This document shows, one piece after another, positions 1 through 9,810 of a stretch of DNA of 64,000 nt (position 1 is the first letter of the stretch; each line of letters begins with the position of its first letter). The translations under genes and the position numbers were made by a program. This DNA is from a virus (lineage: Duplodnaviria; Caudoviricetes). The notes below the pieces were generated by a model. It worked only from the letters and a program-made list of their open reading frames with translations, was not told the DNA's origin and did not search any database. The stretch is from IMG/VR virus record IMGVR_UViG_2540341127_000002, positions 1,290 to 65,289 of that record; one strand, given 5' to 3'.

Positions 1-8
1 GCGACGGC

Positions 9-524
9 TCATGGTTTTGCGCTATGCTCTGTCAATGGCAGCGGGCAACCAGCCCCGATCCATTCATTGAGTCTGCCAGTATTTCTAAACCACTCGCCTT
101 TCAGCCTATATCGTGCGAATTTGCGATGCAGCGCTCTTTCGAGCGCAATATCTCCTGGCAAATATTTGTAGACCTTGATCTCTTTTGGCGCTGAGGTCTG
201 AAGGGATAGGATCCGCGCGCCTCTTGATGCCGCCGAGAACCCGATCTTGACGTAATGATCATAGCCAGCGACATAGACGCGGCCGGTTGGCGCGGAACTA
301 AATTCATCAATCTCTTCAAGTTTCTCCGCAAGACGAGCGAGCGAAGCCTTGTAGCGCTTGAGTCTCTGTGGATCGAACGTCCATATCGCCCCAATCTTAG
401 CCGCTCCAGGCAAATCGCCTCGCGCGGCAAGCGCATGGACGCCGCGGCGCGAGACGCCCAGCATAGCGGCCGCCTCTTCGGCGCGGATGCGCTGCGGGGC
501 AGGGCGGCTAGCGCGCTGGGTCAT
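9..524 (-). CDS. Excisionase-like HTH fused to GIY-YIG/T5orf172-like domain
   Basis: N-terminal AEEAAAMLGVSRRGV...KIGAIWTF (HTH_17 type); C-terminal VYVAG..YVKIGFS...LERALHRKF..RLKGEWF. Confidence 0.75.
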   Translation of the reverse strand: MTQRASRPAPQRIRAEEAAAMLGVSRRGVHALAARGDLPGAAKIGAIWTFDPQRLKRYKASLARLAEKLEEIDEFSSAPTGRVYVAGYDHYVKIGFSAASRGARILSLQTSAPKEIKVYKYLPGDIALERALHRKFARYRLKGEWFRNTGRLNEWIGAGCPLPLTEHSAKP

Positions 525-793
525 GCGGCCGCCTCGCGCTTCAAACGGGCGTGACGCAGGTATTCCTCAGGCGCCTCAAGACCCGCATCATTAATCTCGT
601 ATTCGTCGTAAGGCGCTCCAGATGGAAATGCGCCGATCTTGCCGTTAGCCGACACCCAGCCGCGCGCGATAATTGCGCGATCGGTTGGTGTGACATAGTT
701 CTCTCTTCGCGACGCGTGGATCACGCCTCCATATTGTCCGCAGAACAGGCCGGCGAGCCTCTTCGCTTGAGATGACGTGGCGCGCTTGGTCAT
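521..793 (-). CDS. Hypothetical phage protein
   Basis: ATGA-coupled to both neighbours; start MTKRATSS. Confidence 0.55.
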   Translation of the reverse strand: MTKRATSSQAKRLAGLFCGQYGGVIHASRRENYVTPTDRAIIARGWVSANGKIGAFPSGAPYDEYEINDAGLEAPEEYLRHARLKREAAA

Positions 794-1176
794 GGCGCGA
801 CCTCTTCGCAGATTGGAAGATTGGCGAGTTCGAGCAGAACGTCGGCGTGGCAAGGCTCGCCCATAGCGCACCAGCATGCGAGGTTCTTGCCGCGGAGCGA
901 GACAATCGCGTCTATTGAAGCGTCATTAGTCGCCGCTCGCTTAACGAGCGCGCGCCTGAACAGCGCAACCGCCTCTTCCGCGGTCTCGACACGCTTAGGT
1001 GTGAATTCAGTAAATGGCCATGCCGGTTTTTCGCCAATGACGAACGGATTGCCGAACGGACCCGGCCGCGCACAATTCACCGCTGGCAGTCCATTAACCG
1101 AACGCGCGCACTCTTGCAGGTTGAAGCCTTTGGCGCGCGAGAGGCGAAGGCGGACGGGGCGCGGGGCGTCATTCAT
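790..1176 (-). CDS. DUF4326-family protein
   Basis: RPGPFGNPF and LRGKNLACWC...CHADVLL motifs. Confidence 0.85.
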   Translation of the reverse strand: MNDAPRPVRLRLSRAKGFNLQECARSVNGLPAVNCARPGPFGNPFVIGEKPAWPFTEFTPKRVETAEEAVALFRRALVKRAATNDASIDAIVSLRGKNLACWCAMGEPCHADVLLELANLPICEEVAP

Positions 1177-1474
1177 GGAACCAATCCATCGTCGAGTTGC
1201 CCCATGACTCTGGGTTTCCAGCTATCTGCGGCGCAGCGATGCGATCGGTCGCGAGATAGGTCTTCGCGCTCACGTCATAGACCAGCAGTTTTGGAAAGCG
1301 CGCCTTAATCTCGCGAAGATCGATCGACGCCTGGGTCACAGAGACCTCGCCGAGGCGGCGAATATCAGCGCGGTTGATCGTCCCGGTGATCTGCGCGTGA
1401 TTGATCGCGCGGGCGAGACGCTCCCGCACAGACAGGCGTAGTCCTTCGAGGCGCTTGTCAGAGGCGTCGATCAT
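1169..1474 (-). CDS. Hypothetical protein, possibly winged-helix
   Basis: INRADIRRLGEVSVTQASIDL; coupled start MIDASDK. Confidence 0.55.
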   Translation of the reverse strand: MIDASDKRLEGLRLSVRERLARAINHAQITGTINRADIRRLGEVSVTQASIDLREIKARFPKLLVYDVSAKTYLATDRIAAPQIAGNPESWGNSTMDWFHE

Positions 1475-1977
1475 CCCGCCTCCGCCTTTCTCTCGACCTC
1501 TATCGCATGCGTGACATGCCAGCCGCCCGTCGCGCGCGGGTAGTTGGCGCAGAGCAGCGGCGCGATCACCCGCTCCCAATCGGCGAGCGCGCACCCGCCC
1601 GTGCCATTGTTCATGCAGTTGATGTCGAACACGCCGCGTGAGGTTCGCCCTTGGAAGTGCCCGATCCAATGCGTGTAACGATAGCGCGCCGCCATCGGCA
1701 CGCCGGGCTGCGTCCAGGGTCCTTCCCATTGAACGCGCACAAGCCCGTAATCAGGCCAGTTCGCGCCGATCTTCCGCCAAGGCTTGCCGACAATACGCAG
1801 TGCAGCGTTCATCATGGCCGGATTGGTGTAGCGCCGGCCCTCGAAGCCGACAGCAAGCATGATCGGCTTCACCTCGTCGAGCGTCATGTCCATGATCGCG
1901 GCGAGCGCGCCGGGCCCGCAGTTCGCGCCCCATTCGTCATGCGCACGATCGGCGTCGTGGATGGTGAATCGGGTCAT
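1471..1977 (-). CDS. Hypothetical phage protein
   Basis: NCGPGALA and THWIG motifs; ATGA coupling. Confidence 0.65.
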   Translation of the reverse strand: MTRFTIHDADRAHDEWGANCGPGALAAIMDMTLDEVKPIMLAVGFEGRRYTNPAMMNAALRIVGKPWRKIGANWPDYGLVRVQWEGPWTQPGVPMAARYRYTHWIGHFQGRTSRGVFDINCMNNGTGGCALADWERVIAPLLCANYPRATGGWHVTHAIEVERKAEAG

Positions 1978-2276
1978 GGCGCCGCCTCGCGCTCACCCTC
2001 ACGAAATCCCATCGTCTCTTCCATGCTGCGCTTCATGATGCAGAGCATGTCGTAGACGTCGCGCTTCTCCAGGCCATACGTCATGAGCTTCAACTCGCTG
2101 ATCGGCAGGCGCGCCTTCGCGCCGGCGGGACACAGCTTCGCAATCTGGACAAAGCCTTCGATGCGGCCCGACTCGACAAGCGCTTCGAACTCCTCGATCG
2201 CGCAGTCGATATCGACCTTAGGCCGCAGCTGGGTCGGGCCGATGCCGACAAGCGCCTTGCGCTTCTGCTCACCCAT
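1974..2276 (-). CDS. Hypothetical phage protein
   Basis: Tightly packed ORF in leftward operon. Confidence 0.55.
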   Translation of the reverse strand: MGEQKRKALVGIGPTQLRPKVDIDCAIEEFEALVESGRIEGFVQIAKLCPAGAKARLPISELKLMTYGLEKRDVYDMLCIMKRSMEETMGFREGEREAAP

Positions 2277-2586
2277 GGTGGGACTCGCTGTCAGTAGCGG
2301 CGATGGCCGCGCGCAAACTTCGGTTGGCTTCTACTTTCGACATCCTCCGCCACGGACGATCTTCTAGGATCGCAACGGCCTCGCAGGCCGATAGCCCGCC
2401 GCGGCTTCGAGGCTGTGCCAGAGATTGACCGTGATTTGTGAGAGCCTGCGCTTCGTGCGCGGAGAGCAGGCTCATCGGGACTGAGATAACGAGAAAGGAT
2501 TCTCCGCCATCTCTGATCTGGCGAATATTTTCCTCGGCTCTATAGCCTCCGAGCATTATCGGCATGACGTCGTTCGCCTCACCCAT
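2269..2586 (-). CDS. Hypothetical phage protein
   Basis: HEAQALTNHGQSL...RGGLSACEAVAILEDR; tightly packed. Confidence 0.6.
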   Translation of the reverse strand: MGEANDVMPIMLGGYRAEENIRQIRDGGESFLVISVPMSLLSAHEAQALTNHGQSLAQPRSRGGLSACEAVAILEDRPWRRMSKVEANRSLRAAIAATDSESHHG

Positions 2587-2986
2587 GGCGGGACTCCCGT
2601 AGCGTGGTCAAGGCGCGCTTGCGCTTCGCGACCTCGCTTCGAAGGGCGGCCTCAGCGTCGACGAGACACTTCCAGAAGTGATAGATCGGGTCGCAACCGA
2701 TATCGCTGCCGGAGGCGATCAAGCTCTGTGACTTCATCTTGCGAACATCGCGCAGTTCCCAATATGACGCGTCGCCATCGCAATCCACGACATAGGCTTC
2801 CAAACCGGCGCCACGAAAGCGCGCCGACTCGCCGTCGCGATGAAGGCGAAATTGCCACTGCAAATCGAGATAATCGTCCGGGAATGGCCCGCGGACCATG
2901 ACGGCGCCGAATATCGTCGTTGCGAGGCGCGGCGGGCTTTGGCGCTTTAGTGAGTAGAGGCCAGGCATGATCGGTCGTGGCCCCAC
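2579..2986 (-). CDS. Hypothetical phage protein (start uncertain)
   Basis: Protein-like ORF in operon; overlaps upstream ORF. Confidence 0.45.
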   Translation of the reverse strand: MGPRPIMPGLYSLKRQSPPRLATTIFGAVMVRGPFPDDYLDLQWQFRLHRDGESARFRGAGLEAYVVDCDGDASYWELRDVRKMKSQSLIASGSDIGCDPIYHFWKCLVDAEAALRSEVAKRKRALTTLRESRHG

Positions 2987-3225
2987 GATTTCGCGATCCT
3001 GACGAATTCGTCATAGCCTGGCTCACCTGGGCGTCCGCTCAATTGGGAGATCGGCGTTCCGAGTTTGCGAGGCCCTCCAGGATTGCAGCCGGGGCAATCT
3101 GCGAACATCGCGCCTGCTTCGCCCTCGAAGTAATAGACATCACCTTCGGGCAACTCCGGCCCGATTCCGCAGGCGAAGCGACGCTTGCTGTTCATCTCTT
3201 CGTTGTCGATGCGAATGTGGATCAT
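2947..3225 (-). CDS. Hypothetical phage protein
   Basis: CPGC motif; coupled to upstream ORF. Confidence 0.55.
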   Translation of the reverse strand: MIHIRIDNEEMNSKRRFACGIGPELPEGDVYYFEGEAGAMFADCPGCNPGGPRKLGTPISQLSGRPGEPGYDEFVRIAKSWGHDRSCLASTH

Positions 3226-3455
3226 CAGTCCGCGACCATTCTGTAATCGAAGGAAACAAGTTCTCTGCGGACCGGCGGCAAGGCTTTTAGTTCTTTGTCG
3301 AAGACGGCGAGCTTTGCCTCGTCATGCGTCTGCGGCTGGACGCAGCGGACGAAAGCCAAAATCTCGACGCCAGCCTCCGTCGATCCTTTCCAGACGCGAC
3401 ATGGTGCGCCTTCGAAGGTCCTCATTTCATCTGTCGGTTCAAGCGTGAGTTTCAT
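3225..3455 (-). CDS. Hypothetical phage protein
   Basis: Coupled small ORF. Confidence 0.55.
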   Translation of the reverse strand: MKLTLEPTDEMRTFEGAPCRVWKGSTEAGVEILAFVRCVQPQTHDEAKLAVFDKELKALPPVRRELVSFDYRMVAD

Positions 3456-4831
3456 CTCGCCTCCGGGAATTCGCTGTATTCCTTGCCGTCGAGCAACCGG
3501 CCGGCCTTCCCGGTCTTTGCGAGATGTCCGTGGCCGTCAGCCCAATAGTCGCGCCAGATCTTGCACGGCTCTCGTCCTTCTTCTGCGGCGCACAGAACGA
3601 TGTCGTGTCCGTCAGAAACGATGCGGAATTCATCGCCGTCGGGGAATCGCCAGAAATTCGTTCCCTCTTCGCGGTCGCCAAGCTCTTCGGCGATCTCCCA
3701 ACGGCCCCATTGTTTAAAGAAAAACGGGACTTCGGCGGCGGAGCATTGATCGCGCAGCGATCGCGCCCAGGCGGGGTGCATCGGCCGCGCGGCGGGGCCG
3801 CTCTCGCCGCCGCAGATGACCCAATCGATGTATGGATTGGGGGTCTGCCACTGGCCAGCTGAGACGCAATGCACATTCCCTGCCTCGTCAATCACGCGAC
3901 CGATGTTATTCCAAGCATGGACGAAGCGGCCTTCGACGAGTGGCTCTCCGTTGCGGACAACGTGGTATTTGCCGATCGTTCCGAGTGGTGGATGGCCGTT
4001 CTCGATTGATGAGCGCAGCCATGCGCTCGGGCCCCTGTTCCAATCCTTTCGCCAGAAATCCATAACTTGTTTCTGGACGATTTCCGGAACCCATGAGGGC
4101 CAGTCGAAATCTGCCCAATCGCGCTCGCTGCGCCGCGTGGCGCGAATATAAGGCGACATGTCGATTGCGCCCAGCATCGGCTCGATCGAAACGAAGCGCA
4201 TCGCCGCCGGCGTCGCGAGAAGGTCTGGGATGCGCTCGTCGGCGCGGGGCTGGTCTTCGGCGGTGACGCCGAGCCAGACATTGGGGAGAGGCCAGTCGCA
4301 ATCCTCAAACAAACCAGCTGCACATGGACTGCCTGTCAGCTCCCCCGCCAGCGCCTCCATGTCTTCGCGCCATTGGCCGCTTGCGTGAAAGCACTCGACT
4401 GAACTTTGCAGATAGCTACGCATTCGCTTCGGCCGCTTCGTCAGCAACGCGAAACGATGCTTCGGGCAGAGCGCCATGACGGCGAAGATGCGATCAAGCC
4501 ATTCGTCTTTGACCCAGTCGCCGAAAATATCGCTCATGCTGCAAACGAACACCCCGCGCGGCGCGCGCCATGACAGCGGCTGCAGCAGCGTCTTTTCGTC
4601 TAGAAAGATCTCGACGTCGCCCCTCTGGCGATGGCCAGGCTTATAAGGCAGGCCGGTGCCGCCGGTGTCGCCGGCCTTGACGTTGAGCGCTTCGGCGTAG
4701 CAATGTTCGCAGGCCGGCGAGACCTTCTCGCAATGCCAGCCGCGCTTGCCGGTCATGACATTGCGCGCGCGGATCGGGTTCCAGGTGACGCCCTTGGGCA
4801 GGCCGAGCGACGCCCATTCGATCTTGGTCAT
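3452..4831 (-). CDS. Phage Gp37/Gp68 (DUF5131) family protein
   Basis: TKIEW, WNP, CEKVSPACEHCYAE, SMSDIF, LLTKRP, VSIEPMLG, DWVICGGESG, FFFKQWG. Confidence 0.92.
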   Translation of the reverse strand: MTKIEWASLGLPKGVTWNPIRARNVMTGKRGWHCEKVSPACEHCYAEALNVKAGDTGGTGLPYKPGHRQRGDVEIFLDEKTLLQPLSWRAPRGVFVCSMSDIFGDWVKDEWLDRIFAVMALCPKHRFALLTKRPKRMRSYLQSSVECFHASGQWREDMEALAGELTGSPCAAGLFEDCDWPLPNVWLGVTAEDQPRADERIPDLLATPAAMRFVSIEPMLGAIDMSPYIRATRRSERDWADFDWPSWVPEIVQKQVMDFWRKDWNRGPSAWLRSSIENGHPPLGTIGKYHVVRNGEPLVEGRFVHAWNNIGRVIDEAGNVHCVSAGQWQTPNPYIDWVICGGESGPAARPMHPAWARSLRDQCSAAEVPFFFKQWGRWEIAEELGDREEGTNFWRFPDGDEFRIVSDGHDIVLCAAEEGREPCKIWRDYWADGHGHLAKTGKAGRLLDGKEYSEFPEAR

Positions 4832-5424
4832 GAGCCGGATCGCTCTTTCAGCGCCTCGGCCCGCGCGCGATTGAGTTCGGCCATCGCCTCGTCAGAGCCG
4901 CCGCTATCGGGATGCGCGGCCTTGGCGCGATGCTTGTAGGCGGCCTCGATCATGAATTCTTCGCTCTCGCGCGGGATGCTGAGAACTTCCCACCATGGCT
5001 TTTCGCGCACCGGCGGCGGAAGCGCTGCGAACCCGTGGAACGCGCGCTCAAGCAGGGCCCCGCCGCCGTGGCGCTCAAGCGCGCGCAGAGCGGCGATCGC
5101 GAGTCCGATCGAGCGGAGATTGTCATGCACCGTCAGGAAGGCGTCGCGCGCCATGACCATCTGCTTTTCCTTACGCGTGAAATAAACGGCGACGCCGGGG
5201 TCTTCGATATTGCGCCGGGCCTGATCAGAGCGCGGCGATCCGTCGCGGTTGAGCGGCAACCAGGAGGAGATCACGATCCCGCCCGCGCCAAGAAGCTCCA
5301 GTTCGTGCAGAAGATCGCGGCGCGCCTTATCGAACGTCGTTTGAAAATGCGTGTTGTGGCGCCGGCGCTCGATCGGCGTATGCGGCCAGCCTTTAGGCCA
5401 TTGCAGTGGATAGGCCTGTGTCAT
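4828..5424 (-). CDS. Phage J-domain-containing protein
   Basis: AYPLQWPKGW N-terminus; C-terminal WWEVL...AAHPDSGGS..MAELNRAR with HPD motif. Confidence 0.88.
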   Translation of the reverse strand: MTQAYPLQWPKGWPHTPIERRRHNTHFQTTFDKARRDLLHELELLGAGGIVISSWLPLNRDGSPRSDQARRNIEDPGVAVYFTRKEKQMVMARDAFLTVHDNLRSIGLAIAALRALERHGGGALLERAFHGFAALPPPVREKPWWEVLSIPRESEEFMIEAAYKHRAKAAHPDSGGSDEAMAELNRARAEALKERSGS

Positions 5425-5750
5425 CTTTTGAGATCCATGGTTTCGGCGCGCTGACTCGCCTGTTCGACCACGGCTTCGATCTGTGTGTCGAAGGTTTCGA
5501 CGAGGCGCTGCCCGGCCTCATAGAGCGGCGCCATGAGGTCGCTGACCGCGCGCTTCTCGCGGTCAAGATAGAGGCCCGGCGCGAGGACGGGGCCGAAGCT
5601 CTCCATGTCGGCGCGCTCTTGCTTGAACGCCTCGAACAGCGCGACATGCGGGCGCAGAATGCCTACCGCGGCGTTGAGCGCCAGAGAGGCGGCCTGTAAG
5701 GCGGCGCGTCGCTCGTCGAGCGTCAGTTTGGCGAATGACGACGCGCTCAT
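5421..5750 (-). CDS. Hypothetical phage protein
   Basis: ATGA-coupled ORF. Confidence 0.6.
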   Translation of the reverse strand: MSASSFAKLTLDERRAALQAASLALNAAVGILRPHVALFEAFKQERADMESFGPVLAPGLYLDREKRAVSDLMAPLYEAGQRLVETFDTQIEAVVEQASQRAETMDLKR

Positions 5751-6295
5751 GGCTGCGCTCCTCGAAGCGCTGCAAGGATGCGCTCGGCGTGGCGCGCCTG
5801 GGCGATCGCGTCGTCGAGCGCGTTGTGCGCGGTTCCGAACGGCTCGAACGCAATGTCGGGACGTAGGTTCTTTAAGGTGCGGTAGCAGCGCTCGTTGCGG
5901 AAGGTCCAGGGCGCTTCCATGCCGAGCCGTTCGTAGGCTTGGCGCAGCACGACATTATCGAAGCTTGCGCCATTGCCCCAGACCTTTGGTTCGCTGAAAA
6001 GCGAGCAATGGGTTGCGAAACGCCGCAAGGCTTCGCCGATGCCAACCGCAAATTCATCATTAAGCGCCGCCCGCGCAGCATCCGATTGCTTCGCCCACCA
6101 TTGCACCGTGCGCGCGGTGATGCATCCGCCTTCGTCCTGCGAGCTTTGCGGATCAACGGCGACGTAGAATTTTCGGCGCGGAAGAAATGCATTATCCTGA
6201 TTGGAACCGTCGTCTGAAAACGTCGCCGCGCCGATCGCGACAATGCAGGCGTCTGGCCGCGAGGATAGGGTTTCGAGATCCAGCATGATGTTCAT
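5747..6295 (-). CDS. DEDDh 3'-5' exonuclease
   Basis: MLDLETL, WGNGASFD, HNALDDA. Confidence 0.9.
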   Translation of the reverse strand: MNIMLDLETLSSRPDACIVAIGAATFSDDGSNQDNAFLPRRKFYVAVDPQSSQDEGGCITARTVQWWAKQSDAARAALNDEFAVGIGEALRRFATHCSLFSEPKVWGNGASFDNVVLRQAYERLGMEAPWTFRNERCYRTLKNLRPDIAFEPFGTAHNALDDAIAQARHAERILAALRGAQP

Positions 6296-8268
6296 GGCGC
6301 GTCGGCCTTTCCCTTGCGCGCGGCGCGCGCCTTCTTCGCTGGCGCCGGCGGGTGCGCTTCGTCGTCCGCGATCGCCGCGGACATGGCCGCCGCGAGCGTC
6401 GTCTCGCCACCGACGTGGATCGCGTCGACGCCGGCGTCGGGCAGTTCCCGCGCCGCGGCCCAATCGGCGAAGGGCGCGGGCAGATGGCCTTTGTCATTGG
6501 ACAGGCGCGCGACATAGTCGCCGAGCGCGCCCTTCTTCATCGTCTTGACGCGACCGGCTTCGCCCGCGCCGATCAGCCCCGTGACGCAGCCGAGCGTGAC
6601 GGATTTCGGCGCGGTCTCGAAGAAATCGCGCCGGTCGAGCGCGACGTCGAACGCGCCTTTGAGATCGCCGCCGCGCGCCCGCACCGCGGCGCAGATCGCG
6701 CCGATCGTCTCGAACCGCGCCTCGCGCGTGTCGATCGCGGCGGCGATGAGACGAAACAGCGCGACGGAAAGATCGCAGGTCGGCGCGCCCGCGCAGATCT
6801 TGAGGGCCGCGTCGAAACGCGCGCCAGCGATTTCGGCCAGAAGGCTGTCGACCGGCTCCTCCGGCGCGCCGAAGGCTCGCGTGTTCAGCTTGACGACCTC
6901 GGCGCCATACTGACAGCCGAGCGCCGCGACGGCGAGCATCAGCGCGATGTCGCCGCGCCGACGCGTCACGTCGCGCAGCGCCTGCGTCACCGCCGCGTCG
7001 ATGACGCCGCGCAGCGCTCTGCCGGGCTCGGCGAGCGGGTCGGGGATCGCCGCTTCGGCCTTGGCGCTCACCCCACCCGGCTCGCTCGGCTCGCCACCCT
7101 CCCCGTCAGAGGGGAGGGAATCGCCTTCGATTTCGTCACCGCCTTCGCCGGCTTCCGTCTCCGGTTCGGGGATCGGCAGGCCGCGCGTGAAACGGACCCG
7201 GCCATAATGATCGAGATCGGCCACGATGGCATATTGCGCACGCTCTTCGCGTTCGATCATGCGCAGCAGCGCGTCGCGATAAATCATCTCCTGTTCGTCG
7301 TGCATCTCACGCGCACGCATGGGATCGGCGCCGTGCGTCTCTTTGTTGATTTCCTCAAGCCGCGCTTCCTCGGCGACGGAAAAGTCGGGCTCCGGCTCAT
7401 CGCCGTCGTAATCGTTCTCACCCTCGATCAGCGCCGCGCCCCAACCCTCTTCGGACTGGACGCGCGCGGCTTCGGCGCGCAGCGCGTCATTGACGATCCG
7501 ATGCGCGATCGCCGGGTCGCGGATGACGATCTCGTCTTCGAAGAGGTTCTCCTCGATGCGCCCGCCGGCGGCGACATAGGCTTCGACGCGCGTCTTGTCG
7601 GCGAGCAGGAACTTGCCCTCGGGGCCGCTGTTCGACAGCGTCTCGCCGCGCAGCTTGCGGCGGATGCCGACCGCGCCCCATTCATAGTTCGGCTGGCCGG
7701 CAAGCGTGTCGAGCAGCGCCTCCTGCGCCTCGATCGGTCCGGCGGTGAAGGCGATGGCCTGCTCGCGATCGATCTCGCCCAGACGCCACAGGCCGCGCAC
7801 GCGCGGGCTCAATCGGCCCAGCGCCAGGCGCTGCCGGACGTGGCGCGCGTCCTGGCCGAAATGCGTGGCGATCTGCTCAACGCTTGCGCCCGATTCCTCG
7901 AGACGGGCGAAGCTTTCATATTCCTCGACAGGATGCAGCGGCTTCGGCGAGACGCTCAGCATCAGCGCGACCTCGCGCGCTTCGATCTCGTCGCCTTCGA
8001 CGCGCGTCGCCAGCGCGTCGCGCTCATCACCTGCCGCGGCGAGCGCGCGTAGGGCACGCCAGCGCCGACCGCCGTCGAGCACTTCGTAGCTGTGCGGATC
8101 CTCGGGGCAAGGGCGCAACTTGATCGGCGATTGCTGGCCGCGGGCGGCGATCATCGCGGCGAGATCGGTGACGTCGCTCTCCATGTCCTGGCGCGGGTTG
8201 AGCGGCGAAAGACGAATGATGCGGTCGAGCGAAACGGCGACGATCTGTGCGGTGGGTTCGATGGTCAT
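6292..8268 (-). CDS. Long ParB/RepB/Spo0J-family protein
   Basis: LSPLNPR, VLDGGRRWRAL, LHPVEEYESF, HTH IATHFGQDARHVRQRLALGRLSP. Confidence 0.9.
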   Translation of the reverse strand: MTIEPTAQIVAVSLDRIIRLSPLNPRQDMESDVTDLAAMIAARGQQSPIKLRPCPEDPHSYEVLDGGRRWRALRALAAAGDERDALATRVEGDEIEAREVALMLSVSPKPLHPVEEYESFARLEESGASVEQIATHFGQDARHVRQRLALGRLSPRVRGLWRLGEIDREQAIAFTAGPIEAQEALLDTLAGQPNYEWGAVGIRRKLRGETLSNSGPEGKFLLADKTRVEAYVAAGGRIEENLFEDEIVIRDPAIAHRIVNDALRAEAARVQSEEGWGAALIEGENDYDGDEPEPDFSVAEEARLEEINKETHGADPMRAREMHDEQEMIYRDALLRMIEREERAQYAIVADLDHYGRVRFTRGLPIPEPETEAGEGGDEIEGDSLPSDGEGGEPSEPGGVSAKAEAAIPDPLAEPGRALRGVIDAAVTQALRDVTRRRGDIALMLAVAALGCQYGAEVVKLNTRAFGAPEEPVDSLLAEIAGARFDAALKICAGAPTCDLSVALFRLIAAAIDTREARFETIGAICAAVRARGGDLKGAFDVALDRRDFFETAPKSVTLGCVTGLIGAGEAGRVKTMKKGALGDYVARLSNDKGHLPAPFADWAAARELPDAGVDAIHVGGETTLAAAMSAAIADDEAHPPAPAKKARAARKGKADAP

Positions 8269-8282
8269 AGTCTCGTCGTTCC

Positions 8283-9098
8283 TCATGCGGCGGGTTGTGA
8301 CGGATCGAGCCTGATCGGCAGACCGAGAAATGTCGTCCAGCGCGCCCGCACGGCGGCGTTCGCGCCCGGCGCCTTGGCGGCAGGCGCCGGCGGATTTATC
8401 CAATCCGGATAGTCGGCGTCGATGTCGGCGCGCATGGGCATGATCAACCCGAAAGCGTCTAAATCGTGCTGCGCGGCGCGCACGAGATGCGGCGCATGTT
8501 TTCCGCTCGAGACGATCCTGATCGCCCTGGCTTGCGCATCGCCGCACAACGCCCGGGACAGTCGCCGCAAGTGATGGTGACAGATCGCATCAATCGGGAG
8601 CGCCTCGTCAGGCTTCGCGGCAAGAAGCCCGCGCCAGCTTGGATATGTTCCGTCGATGACGGGCTTGTCCTTGAACTGCACGAGTTGGATTTTCTCGTTC
8701 AGTTCGGCGAGCGCCGCGAAACACGCTTCTGCGCGGTCTTCCATCATCTCTGGCGCAGGCGTCGTGATGAGGCCGGCCCGGTCGGATGTGACGACGATCT
8801 TGTAATTATGGTTGAGCGTTCGGATGGCGTGCGAAACGTCGGCGATGAAGCGCTTGTTGAGATGCACGATCCCGGAACCATTTTCCACGAAGGCGTTTTT
8901 ATCGCGGATCGCCACGAGCTTATAGCCGTCGGTCGCGACAAGCACGGCGCCGCCCTCGGCGATGGGTTCGATATTAACGCCGGTGAGATGATAGCGCGTC
9001 TCTTCTTGGCCGACGCAGAGATGGGCGCGTAGCAGCAGGCCTGCGTCGACAATGCAGCGGAAGGCTGGTTTTTGCGGCTTCGGTTGATCTTCGCTCAT
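8283..9098 (-). CDS. DNA polymerase III beta-clamp-like protein
   Basis: EETRYHLTGVNIE, LVATDGYKL, IDGTYPSWR, GLIMPMR. Confidence 0.8.
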   Translation of the reverse strand: MSEDQPKPQKPAFRCIVDAGLLLRAHLCVGQEETRYHLTGVNIEPIAEGGAVLVATDGYKLVAIRDKNAFVENGSGIVHLNKRFIADVSHAIRTLNHNYKIVVTSDRAGLITTPAPEMMEDRAEACFAALAELNEKIQLVQFKDKPVIDGTYPSWRGLLAAKPDEALPIDAICHHHLRRLSRALCGDAQARAIRIVSSGKHAPHLVRAAQHDLDAFGLIMPMRADIDADYPDWINPPAPAAKAPGANAAVRARWTTFLGLPIRLDPSQPAA

Positions 9099-9409
9099 AC
9101 TGACAATTCTCCAATCCAAGAGGGTCTGCGCGCGGAACGGCGTAGGTTCGGCGCGCTGATGAAAGCGCGGCGCGCGGCGTCATAGTCTCGCGCCGCATCG
9201 AGCTGGCGATGGGCGAGTTTCCATGCGGCGAACATCGCGGCGGACCATGTCCGCGCACGTCCGGCGCGAAATTCGCTGCGCGCCTTGCGGGTGATCGCGC
9301 CGCGATTAAAGCGCCCGTCAGCATGGATTAGCGGACGGGTCAGCGTCGCATGGGCGGCGGGAGAGATGCGCGCCGTTTGTGTGACAGAGCTCATCTCGGC
9401 GGCCTCCAC
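9095..9409 (-). CDS. Hypothetical phage protein
   Basis: Coupled ORF. Confidence 0.5.
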   Translation of the reverse strand: MEAAEMSSVTQTARISPAAHATLTRPLIHADGRFNRGAITRKARSEFRAGRARTWSAAMFAAWKLAHRQLDAARDYDAARRAFISAPNLRRSARRPSWIGELSV

Positions 9410-9810
9410 TGTTCTTCAAAAGCGCCGCCAACCGGAACAATCGAGCGCTTCCAATTCCATTTACTAAGGATTGTCAGCATTCCGTCTGTCATCGCCTCGA
9501 CGATAACCGGCGTCATCCCTTCTGACTCGATTCCAGCAACCAGTTTTCGCAGCGCCCCGGCTCCTGGCGCCTTCGCAGCAATGGCGACGATCCGAACCTC
9601 TCGCGCCGCGTCGTCAATAGCGACAACGCCATCATGCCAAACGTTAGAAGCGAACCAAGGCCGCTCGTCGAGATCCAAAGGTCTGCGTCCGAATTCTATC
9701 TCGTCGCGTTTCATGGCGTCCATCGGCGATACGCCGTTGAGAAGATCGGCAAGGCATTTCTGTAGAGCGGCGCGGCCTGCGCGCTGCTCCGACGTCGCGC
9801 TGCGCGTCAT
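9391..9810 (-). CDS. Hypothetical protein, possible GNAT-like C-terminus
   Basis: VRIVAIAAKAPGAGALRKLV; coupled start. Confidence 0.5.
   Translation of the reverse strand: MTRSATSEQRAGRAALQKCLADLLNGVSPMDAMKRDEIEFGRRPLDLDERPWFASNVWHDGVVAIDDAAREVRIVAIAAKAPGAGALRKLVAGIESEGMTPVIVEAMTDGMLTILSKWNWKRSIVPVGGAFEEQWRPPR

Noticed and set aside
1-12. Start of an integrase gene (minus-strand ATG at 12 overlapping the stop of 9-524)
   Set aside because: Only four codons visible; position is suggestive but the product cannot be supported.
6352-8052. Long antisense ORFs (also 33086-35116, 35429-36985, 51099-53168 minus, 62582-63811 plus)
   Set aside because: Shadow frames of real genes in high-GC DNA; no motifs.
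9670-9715. Partial gapped match of the tract 1 code to the EIEFGRRP codons of 9391-9810
   Set aside because: Only about 6 of 13 informative dinucleotides agree; compatible with chance.
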